Shown here one piece after another: positions 21,606 through 29,945 of a stretch of 64,000 nucleotides of DNA. Under the pieces are notes generated by a model. That model searched no databases. It worked only from the letters and a program-made list of their open reading frames with translations, and was not told the origin of the DNA. How positions within the stretch are numbered: the stretch's first letter is position 1; every line of letters starts with the position of its first letter. The stretch comes from Microcoleus sp. (lineage in GTDB: Bacteria > Cyanobacteriota > Cyanobacteriia > Cyanobacteriales > Microcoleaceae), in assembly GCA_042408215.1 (NCBI GenBank), contig JAYFMW010000028.1:256001-320000 (forward strand), written 5' to 3'. The translations under genes were made by a program, and so were the position numbers.

Positions 21606-22339
21606 CTAGCTTTTCAGATTAAGCGTAGCCTCCCGGAGGTTACGCTTGATTGCTTTTAACGCCAGATGACGATCGGGATTCAAGCCACTACGCAGCTCTG
21701 TACCCATCAACAGTTGCGACTAATGCAGCACCATTTTGATAGCCATCAAATTCAAGTGGAGTTGAGGGGAATTTGCATCCTCTCCAAACTCGATCGCCCC
21801 ACGGGGTAAGGCGACTTGTATTCATGGGGCTAACGCGAGTTGTTAAGATTGCATAATCTCGATCGGCAATTCGTTTCACTTGTTCATAGATTTTGCCTTT
21901 CAACCAGTAATACCAATTTAATAGGTCGTTGCACATATCCCGATCCCCCTAAATCCCCCGCACCCTTGGGAGTAGGGTGTGAGTAGGGGTTGACTTTGAA
22001 TTCTTGCTCCCCCTTTTTAAGGGGGCTGGGGGGATCGGGATATGTGCAGCCTCATAAAAAATTGGTATAAGCACGTTTCTGATTTGAGCGTCTTGAATAC
22101 TTCTCGCGTTTGGGTCGCAAACTTCCAAGGTATTCAAAACTAATTACATCAGACCGCCAATGATTTGCCAACTCAACAAGTTCACGAGATACAGCCCTAG
22201 AATATTCAATCTCTCTAGCAGATAGAGAGTCCCATGCTGTTTTAGCGAATCCACGGGAAATAATCCCTGTGGAGCCCATTTTGATTGCAATCTTTCCTAA
22301 ATCCCGCTTCCTAGGAGCTACATGACGCGAATCGGGAAG
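21606..22339 (-). pseudogene. tnpB: 3' remnant of an IS607-associated TnpB-like gene
   Basis: Fragments ..ELVELANHWRSDVISFEYL..NQKRA|YWLKGKIYEQVK..RVSPMNTSR.. rejoin when the MITE is removed. There is a further frameshift near 21690 (SGLNPDRHLALK). Confidence 0.6.
21911..22066. mobile_element. MITE with TACCAATTT terminal IRs and a 3-bp TAA target duplication
   Basis: TAA at 21908-21910 and 22067-22069; long internal IR GCACATATCCCGATCCCCC. Confidence 0.85.
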
Positions 22340-23196
22340 GAATTACGAATTAGGAATTACGAATTACTCCAAAAAGCAACTCGTAATTCGTAACTCCTAA
22401 CTCCTAATTTCTAATCGATCATTTCTCATTTATAATTCCTCCAAAAAAACAACTCGGAATTCGGAATTTATAATTCCTAATTTTTCCAAAAAACAACTCG
22501 GAATTCGGAATTTATAATTCCTCCAAAAAAACCACTCGGAATTCGGAATTTATAACTCCTAATTTTTCCAAAAAACAACTCGGAATTCGGAATTCGTAAT
22601 TTATAATTCCTCCAAAAAAACCACTCGGAATTCGGAATTTCTAACTCCTAATTTTTCCAAAAAACAACTCGGAATTCGGAATTTCTCCAAAAAACCACTC
22701 GGAATTCGGAATTCGTAATTCTTAATTCGTAATTTCTCCAAAAAACCACTCGGAATTCGGAATTCGTAATTTTCTCCAAAAAACAACTCGGAATTCGGAA
22801 TTCGTAATTTTTCCCAAAAACCACTCGGAATTCGGAATTTCTAATTCCTAACTCCTAATTTCTCCCAAAAACCACTCGGAATTCGGAATTCGTAATTTCT
22901 CCCAAAAACCACTCGGAATTCGGAATTTCTAATTCCTAACTCCTCCAAAAAACCACTCGGAATTCGGAATTCGGAATTCGTAATTTCTCCAAAAAACCAC
23001 TCGGAATTCGGAATTTCTAATTTCTCCAAAAAACCACTCGGAATTCGGAATTTCTAATTCCTAATTCCTCCAAAAAACCACTCGTAATTCGGAATTCGTA
23101 ATTTCTAATTCGGAATTTCTAATTGCTCCAAAAAACAACTCGTAATTCGTAATTCCTAATTCGTAATTCGTAATTCGTAATTTCTCCAAAAAACAA
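22340..23196. repeat. Composite STRR-derived tandem array (about 18 CCAAAAAACCACTCGGAATTCGGAATT units)
   Basis: Directly visible; the units are degenerate and vary in length. Confidence 0.9.
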
Positions 23197-23237
23197 GACG
23201 TTTTAGGATCTTTCGACCAATGATGTTTCCTGGATTA

Positions 23238-23909
23238 CTACAATGATACTCCTATGCACTCCGATTCGTCAATAGTATTTTCCGGTTTGTCTTCAGCATT
23301 CACCTTTTCTTTAAGAATGGGGTCTTTATATCTACGAAGAAAATACAGGCGACTACTAAAGCAGTGCATGATTGTCATAAAATCTTGCATTAATTCCGCA
23401 GGAGGTGACAATTCTGTTTTCCCTAGAACCGTTATTTTGCAACCATTCTGGGTGCAATACCATTCGACAAAATCAAAACCAAATCGACACAAGCGATCTT
23501 TGTGAGCGATAACGATTTCAGAAACTTCGCCGCGTCCCACTCGTTCCATCAGGTTTAGAAACTTTTTCCTCTTGAAGTTCATACCAGAACCAATCTCTTG
23601 GATAGATTCACCCAGCCTGACCTTCTGAAGCGCGGCGACTTGAGTTTCTAGGTCAACCTTTTGTGAGTGGGTTGAAACCCTAGAGTAGATTACGATATGT
23701 TCATTCACCACTGTAGAACCCAGTCCAGTTAGGCTGGATTCTAAGTAGCGCCTGTGTCCACCCTTGGAGCGAATGAACTCAACTTTCCCGGCGTCAGCCC
23801 AATCCGCCAAAGTCTTAGGATGATAGCCGTATTTTTTTTGCACTTGAAATGGAGAAAGATAAGTCATTGGATTTAAGTTACTGTAGAGACTTGCTCCAAT
23901 ATACTCCAA
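23238..23909 (-). CDS. tnpA: IS607-family transposase (MerR-like HTH + serine recombinase)
   Basis: TLADWADAGK..RSKGGHRRY HTH, catalytic YSRVS, DRLCRFG, FSSRLY. The start may be 23867. Confidence 0.9.
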   Translation of the reverse strand: MEYIGASLYSNLNPMTYLSPFQVQKKYGYHPKTLADWADAGKVEFIRSKGGHRRYLESSLTGLGSTVVNEHIVIYSRVSTHSQKVDLETQVAALQKVRLGESIQEIGSGMNFKRKKFLNLMERVGRGEVSEIVIAHKDRLCRFGFDFVEWYCTQNGCKITVLGKTELSPPAELMQDFMTIMHCFSSRLYFLRRYKDPILKEKVNAEDKPENTIDESECIGVSL

Positions 23910-24073
23910 TATTTCCGTTTCTAGTAATTAGACAAGAAGTCAAGTTTCTCAAACGCCTGTATAACTGGGGGGTGAATCCTCAGACGGCGGGGGTGTCAAC
24001 CGTTGTTGTGTAAATTTTAAGTTTTTTCCTGTATCTGTCTACAGAGATTCTCTCAAGCAAAACCTACGTATTG

Positions 24074-24330
24074 TAAAACTTCATTAAGATTGTAAGCATC
24101 AATAGACAATGGTAGTATCATATAGTCAGAAGGGTCGATTGATTAACGCCGATGTTAACGGGTCTTACAATATTTTGAGAAAAGCAATCCCAAATGCCTT
24201 GTGCAATGGGATAGAGAGCTGCGTAGTTCAGCTTTAGAAGGGTCAATCCGCTCGAAGTAAAAAAGAAAGGGGAGGGACTTCATGCCTCCCACGGCACTGT
24301 AATAAATGACTATACTTTTACAAGCTATTA
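24074..24330 (+). mobile_element. Internally deleted tnpB mini-element related to the element at 45930-47270
   Basis: It shares the left end TAAAACTTCATT and the CTATTA end. Positions 24133-24237 encode GRLINADVNGSYNILRKAIPNA, matching the C-terminus of the 45946 TnpB. Confidence 0.7.
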
Positions 24331-24359
24331 CGCCAACTGTTGACACCCAAGACAGCGAG

Positions 24360-24851
24360 TTAATAGTCTTCGGAAGAATAATATAGCCTGTTGTCTGTCT
24401 CCGTTAACTCCTCCTCTTCCCTAGAAGTGCCAGTTTCTTTTTGGTCTGGAACCGGAATCGTGCTAATCTGAGCGGCCCCTGGGGGAGCATGAATTGCCTG
24501 AGCATCAGGAGGCTTGACCCTAATTTTGGCTAACTGGGCTGAGGACTGATTCGGGTCAACGTTGATTTGAATGATCGGGCCCGAATGAGCCAAGTGAACG
24601 ATCAGACCGTCCACAACCGGAACCTTAGCGATCGGTTTACCATCGAGGTAAGTGCCATTCACACCTAAATTGATCAGTTCCCAAGTTAGGCCGGTGCGCC
24701 GCAATTCCATGTGACGGCGAGAAACCACCGCGCTGAAAAGAACCACCTGGTTTTCGGTCGATCGCCCGATCCGGATGACCTGTTCGTCTTCAAAGCTCCA
24801 ACTGCGAACAGGTATAGACTGGAGTGGATGTAGCAAGGTCAGCTTAATCAC
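24360..24851 (-). CDS. FHA domain protein (paralog of 20876-21349)
   Basis: LTLLHPLQSIPV..RIGRSTEN..VSRRH..NGTY. Confidence 0.9.
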   Translation of the reverse strand: MIKLTLLHPLQSIPVRSWSFEDEQVIRIGRSTENQVVLFSAVVSRRHMELRRTGLTWELINLGVNGTYLDGKPIAKVPVVDGLIVHLAHSGPIIQINVDPNQSSAQLAKIRVKPPDAQAIHAPPGAAQISTIPVPDQKETGTSREEEELTETDNRLYYSSEDY

Positions 24852-24933
24852 ATTGGCTGCATTGAGTTGTGGTAGAGCACATCAAGATGCGATTTTAGAT
24901 TTTCGACTTTCGATCGCCCAATCCAAACTCGAT

Positions 24934-25740
24934 CTAAGAGAGTTGAAATAGAAAAGTAACCAGGTCTCCTTTGCCGAGAGAGATGCGGTCTCCCCCTCGC
25001 AACCGGTGTCGATTTCCCTTTGGCAGTGGAGTATTGTTGACGTAAGTGCCGTTGGAACTGCCAACATCTTCTAGGTAACAAGCATCTCCCTCCACTCGGA
25101 GATTGGCGTGTACCCGAGAAACTATCTCTGAATTAGCCAATCCAGAAACGTCAATATCCGGTGGCACTAAGTCATTCGGCTTGCCTATGTGAATCACAGA
25201 CAGATTGTGAGGTAATTCGATCGGCGTATTTGTCTGAACGTGTATCAGCCGCGCCGACTGCTGTTGCAGTTGAGTTTTTGCCACACCCACAGCAGGTTGG
25301 CTAGCCACTGGGGGAGAGGTATTGACTGCTGTTGCCACCGCTTCTGTGGTAACAGGAACTGGTGGCGACAGTGGCGGCTGTGGAAGTGGCGGTTCGGGAA
25401 GAGTAGGAATGCTAAGGGGAGTTTTTGCCAAATTCGGCTCGAAATTTGCAGTAACTAGAGGTTCCGGTGCCACCAGGGGCTGAGGTGGGATTAAATCAGG
25501 CTGGGGTGGTGAGACCACTGTCGGCCCGACAGACGATGTGGCTACGGGCGTTGTTTCAACTTCTGGAACAGAGGAACCCGGACGCAAGTTAAAACCACAC
25601 TGACCGCAAAAGGCCGCATCTGTCTGAACCGCTGCACCGCAGTTCGAGCAACTGGCGGTAATGGGTAAAGGCGTGTAACAAGCCTCACACTGGTTGGCCC
25701 CATCGGGGTTCTGGTGATTGCAATTGGGACAGACAATCAT
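24934..25740 (-). CDS. fraH: Double zinc ribbon / Pro-rich / FHA protein, FraH-like
   Basis: CPNC..CEAC..CSNC..CGQC, Pro-rich linker and C-terminal FHA; lies immediately downstream of pgl/devB, as in Anabaena. Confidence 0.75.
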   Translation of the reverse strand: MIVCPNCNHQNPDGANQCEACYTPLPITASCSNCGAAVQTDAAFCGQCGFNLRPGSSVPEVETTPVATSSVGPTVVSPPQPDLIPPQPLVAPEPLVTANFEPNLAKTPLSIPTLPEPPLPQPPLSPPVPVTTEAVATAVNTSPPVASQPAVGVAKTQLQQQSARLIHVQTNTPIELPHNLSVIHIGKPNDLVPPDIDVSGLANSEIVSRVHANLRVEGDACYLEDVGSSNGTYVNNTPLPKGNRHRLRGGDRISLGKGDLVTFLFQLS

Positions 25741-25968
25741 CGATTTCTCCTTGCTATCGGCCAGATTTTAGAATCAGCCTCATAAAAATATTTGAGTATA
25801 CGGTCAAATTTTAACTTTAACCGCCACAATTCTGATCTTGCTTCGCGCTTTGCTAGCAAGTTGCCGAACTGCGGTGACGGGAGCGATGACGGGCAAGATT
25901 TAGTTAGTGATACTACTGACTATGTTGGCAAACTCCCACCGCTATCACCCCAGGCTACCGAGGCTGTT

Positions 25969-26733
25969 TTACTGCGATGCGCCTGCGGCCGCATCTAGTA
26001 ACCACCAAAGTTCGCCCTCTGGTTGAATTAGTCTGGATGGATAGGTCATTGCGTCGGCTGCGGGGGCAAAAATTTGAGCGAGTGCTGGTTGTTTGCTGGC
26101 CCCTGCAACGATGAAGATGACGCACCGGGCTTTGTTAATTAAGGGGACTGTAAAGGTGATGCGGGGTTGACCGTCTTTGTTGCCGACTGTTACCAGGGAG
26201 TCGCGCACTTGCAAGGCTTCTGTGTGCGGAAAGAGAGAGGCTGTGTGGGCGTCGTCCCCTATTCCCAATAAAATGATGTCGAAAGCAGGAAACTCGCCCT
26301 CTGATACTTGGAAAAACTGCTGCAATTCGGTTTGGTGTGCCCTGGCGTCGGCGGCTGGGTCGGCAGCGCTTGTGGGCATGGGGTGGATGTTGCTGGGGGG
26401 GATGTTTACTTGGTCAAGCCATGCGAGGCGCGCCATTTTTTGATTGCTGTCTGGGTGGTATGAGGGAACGTAGCGTTCGTCGCCCCAAAAAACGTGAATT
26501 TTGTCCCAAGGCAGGTCTTGGGCTGCGATCGCCCTGTAAAGTGGCTCTGGTGTGCTTCCGCCGGCTAAGGCGATCGTACATTGCCCCCGTGCTGCGATGG
26601 CTGTTTGGATTTGCGATCGCACAATTGACAGTGAGCGCTGTATGAGTTCTTCCTTACTTGCTAATACTTCTACTAATTTTTTCATCGAATTTGCTCTCAA
26701 CTTTTCTGGGATGTTTTTCTCAGCAATTGCCAA
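25969..26733 (-). CDS. pgl: 6-phosphogluconolactonase
   Basis: LAGGSTP, WGDERYV, LGIGDDAHTASLFP. The start may be the downstream ATG (MKKLVEV). Confidence 0.95.
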   Translation of the reverse strand: MAIAEKNIPEKLRANSMKKLVEVLASKEELIQRSLSIVRSQIQTAIAARGQCTIALAGGSTPEPLYRAIAAQDLPWDKIHVFWGDERYVPSYHPDSNQKMARLAWLDQVNIPPSNIHPMPTSAADPAADARAHQTELQQFFQVSEGEFPAFDIILLGIGDDAHTASLFPHTEALQVRDSLVTVGNKDGQPRITFTVPLINKARCVIFIVAGASKQPALAQIFAPAADAMTYPSRLIQPEGELWWLLDAAAGASQ

Positions 26734-27049
26734 CTTGAGTTTGACTGGGATGCTTTAAGGTCGATCGCCCGCGTCGCCGGAAAGGCTCAACACTTCGTTC
26801 AGTCGGATTTTATCATCCTGATGCCCGCTTGATTTGAGGAAAGCAACAGATATTTCTACCAGTGCTCGATCGAAGTTGAGATCTTGTAGATATCTGTGAG
26901 ATATGTGTTAGATATTTAATCAAAAGCTTGTGGCGAGTCGCAGTCGCATCCATCCGAGCGCTGTATGCGTAGGCCGCGAAAACAACCAAGATGATATAGT
27001 AGATTAGGAAAACTTGTTTTAAGTCCGCGCTCGCAATGACAGCAAAACT

Positions 27050-28412
27050 ATGTCAAGTTTTAACCGATTACCTACATCTATCCGCTATCTGATAGCGCGG
27101 TTGCGCTACTGGATGCAGCCTACGGTTTGGGCTACCGCTAGCAGTTTTGTGTGCGGGAGGCGTGTTTATTTGGGAGGTATCCGTAAATCCAGAAAGGTTG
27201 AACATAGATGACGAAGAGGTAGCAGCCTCAAATAGTCCAACTTCAACGGATCTTCTGTCTGCTGAAGATAGCGCAATTGCTGCTGAAATCGACACCATAC
27301 CGGTGCTAGTCAATCAGTTCAATCGCTCTAATTCAGAGTTCGGTGTGTTAAATTCATCAGTAGTTGAAGGCAAAGGTTTATTCGACGAAAATCGCGATCG
27401 AGGCTCGGAAATTCGATCGGCATCCACCGCGCCCAAGCAGGCGACAAGCAGAACACTTTTGACAGGGCCAAGTTTAGCAAATCCTGCGATCGGGACAACC
27501 AACAATAACCCGCCAAATACAAGCTGGCCAAGTTCAAACCCGACAGCAGCTTTGAGCCCCTCTGGCGACGGTGGCCAGATTTCGTCGGGGAGCAAAACCA
27601 TCGCCCCTGAGTCTGGAGGTACAGCCACAACAACCTTATCGGCTACTCTGGGTGTGAGTAATTCAGGTAAACAAAACGAAAATCCTCTGCCTTTGAGTCC
27701 GCTACAAGCAGCCATGAAAAAATACATCGCTGCTAGCACTTCGGCAACGGGGACTTCGACTCAGAAAACTGCAAGGGAGGGTCAATTGCTCGATCGACCG
27801 ACCACCACCTCGCCGGTGACAAATCAGGTCAATTTAGTCCCAACGATCGCTACAGCTCAAAATGGGGCAAATCCTGTGAATATTCCGACTACACTTCCCC
27901 CCATGACCGCACCGACAAATACTACGATTAACGACTCTCAACCAATCTTAAACCAGGGAGCAACAGTGCCTGAATCATTTCCAGGGTTAAATTTGAGAGT
28001 ACCAAACATCCCCGCAATTACTGCACAGCCTGCAACTTCGGCTTTGCCCAAAAATCCTTACCAAACTAACTTATTCGGCGACGCACCCATCGCTCAACCA
28101 GCTCCAATTCAACTGGCCACACCTTCGCCTATACCGGTAGTTCCCAATGTGGGGAAATCATCGTTTCCGAGTGCTATTGGGGGAAGCAAAATCCAGGACT
28201 CTCAATTCTCTCCCAACTCAGCGAATTCTCAATTTCAACCAGTTGAACCGAATCAGCTCAACTTACCTTCCCAGCCTAGTTTTGGAGTTGTTCCCCAAAA
28301 CACTAATCAGGGTGTGCAGTCAACTCAACCGCAGTCTTTTGCGACACCCCGTTCAATGACTCCGGGACGCTATATTGGTGGTGGCGAAATCAATACTTTT
28401 GCTAATCCTTAA
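27050..28412 (+). CDS. Membrane-anchored Pro/Thr/Asn-rich hypothetical protein (apparent frameshift near 27130)
   Basis: The 421-aa ORF ends in GRYIGGGEINTFANP. The upstream ATG 27050 frame joins it if one G at 27129-27131 is removed, giving a complete N-terminal TM segment. Confidence 0.6.
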
Positions 28413-28523
28413 ACAGCCTCTAGTATCGTCTATGCTGGTGGTGAACTTACTTAATTTCCCCTTTTTTCCCCTCGACATTCTTCAAATGTCGGGGGTTTTA
28501 TATTTTCAATCTCGCTGAAAAAA

Positions 28524-28594
28524 TGGAAACATCAGAAACATTGTGGAAACATAGAAAAATTTACTTGACGCGCCAGTGCGGGGGGTGTCAGAAT
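28524..28594 (+). promoter_or_regulatory. Candidate promoter and operator of the pPIWI-RE operon
   Basis: Three GAAACAT direct repeats (28524-28552), then TTGACG-18 bp-CAGAAT. Confidence 0.45.
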
Positions 28595-28625
28595 GGGTCA
28601 AACCTCACAAAGGGAGGAGAACCCC

Positions 28626-29945
28626 GTGAAAGTCACAAAACACCGAGACAAAATCCTTGAGGTACTGCGAGAGTGGTTTCGCATCCACAAACAGGGGCCA
28701 ACGCTGGAAGAGTTGTGTACACAACTGGCAATGCAGCCCCGTCAGAAAGCAACGGTGCAACGCTGGTTGCAGACAATGCGAGGCATCGACGTGGAATGGG
28801 AAGACAATGCTGCCCGCAGTCTCCGGCTGCTTGCCCGTGAAGTTGAAGAACCCGAACTAAAGATATCCGTAACGGAAACCTTGCGGTATCTGGCGACGGG
28901 ACTGGCAGAGTGGGAACAACGAGAACCCAGCAAGCGATCGCACATCCCAAAAGCCCTCCGCATGGGGATGTCCCGAATGTACTTAACATCTTTATTGCAA
29001 AAAGACGAACAAGTCCCCTCGAACCTCCCAGAATTTTTTGACTGGGCAACAAATCCTGTTGTTGAGTGGAAACCTGCAACAGAAATTAAACACCTTTCAA
29101 CCGATGTCACCCTCATCGAAGATGGGTCAGTTTCCCACTTTGCCGAACAGTGGCAGGTTACAGGTGGCGATGTAGAAAGACAGGTACAAGAGAAAGTCCT
29201 GCAAGATGTCCTCGAATACTGTCGGGGACACCAACTCGCAGATACTTATCGAACCTATCGGAAACTAATTATCGATCGCCCCGTCCTCCCCTACCCCGAA
29301 TACCGCCGCCTCCTGTCTTCATCCCAACTCAGACCCCTGCGCGAATTCTTGTCACAAACCTATGTCGATTTAGTCGATTTAGCAGAAGAAAACACCTATC
29401 ATCTTTGTCCTCGTTGCAAGTATTTAACGCGCCGTCGCCGAGATGGAATCCATAGCTGCCGAAACAAAAATTGCGAACAGCTAAGTGCCAAACTTCATCT
29501 CCCACCGCTGCCGCCCATTCCCAAACACGAGGCAGAAACTTGGAAAGCCGTTACCCCGGGCGTATATCGGTACGGGACAATCCCAGGAATTTGGGAAATT
29601 CAATTAGCAGAAAGTCTCACAAAATTGGGAATCCGCGTCACCCTGTGGCCGGAGATAGATGAATTTGACTTGCTGGTGGAATTTAGCAAGAAAATTCGCT
29701 GGGCGATCGATGTCAAAGATTGGGAATATTTGCATGAGGAACGCTTGCACAAAGTGGAGTACCGGCCTGATGCAACAGAAACCTTTATTGTGTTCCCTGA
29801 CGAGCGAGAAGACAAACTGCGGATTAAAGTGGTACGCCAACAACTCGAACCAGAATTAGGTGGCGTGCGCTTAATGCTGATTAGCGAAATCATCTCCCAG
29901 GCTGAAAAAATTATGGAGGATAGAAACCGTGCGCGATCTTGCTAA
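28626..29945 (+). CDS. pPIWI-RE system restriction-endonuclease-fold nuclease with an N-terminal LexA-like wHTH and a Zn ribbon
   Basis: C-terminal LWPEIDEFDL..WAIDVKDW (PD-(D/E)xK), CPRC..C....C, and an N-terminus resembling the LexA DBD. The GTG start at 28626 follows GGGAGGAG. Confidence 0.8.
   Translation: MKVTKHRDKILEVLREWFRIHKQGPTLEELCTQLAMQPRQKATVQRWLQTMRGIDVEWEDNAARSLRLLAREVEEPELKISVTETLRYLATGLAEWEQREPSKRSHIPKALRMGMSRMYLTSLLQKDEQVPSNLPEFFDWATNPVVEWKPATEIKHLSTDVTLIEDGSVSHFAEQWQVTGGDVERQVQEKVLQDVLEYCRGHQLADTYRTYRKLIIDRPVLPYPEYRRLLSSSQLRPLREFLSQTYVDLVDLAEENTYHLCPRCKYLTRRRRDGIHSCRNKNCEQLSAKLHLPPLPPIPKHEAETWKAVTPGVYRYGTIPGIWEIQLAESLTKLGIRVTLWPEIDEFDLLVEFSKKIRWAIDVKDWEYLHEERLHKVEYRPDATETFIVFPDEREDKLRIKVVRQQLEPELGGVRLMLISEIISQAEKIMEDRNRARSC

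Larger units (their letters stand above)
21470..23960 (-). mobile_element. Decayed IS607-family element (intact serine recombinase, disrupted TnpB-like gene); ends approximate
   Basis: IS607-type tnpA followed by TnpB-like fragments that are interrupted by a repeat array and a MITE. Confidence 0.7.

Noticed and set aside
22340..23196. CRISPR array next to a Cas12-like remnant; small ORFs 22601 and 22841
   Set aside because: The linkers are heptamer repeats rather than unique spacers, and the ORFs are repeat translations.
28593..28625. ATG start for the pPIWI-RE nuclease
   Set aside because: It overlaps the putative -10 element; GTG 28626 follows a strong Shine-Dalgarno.
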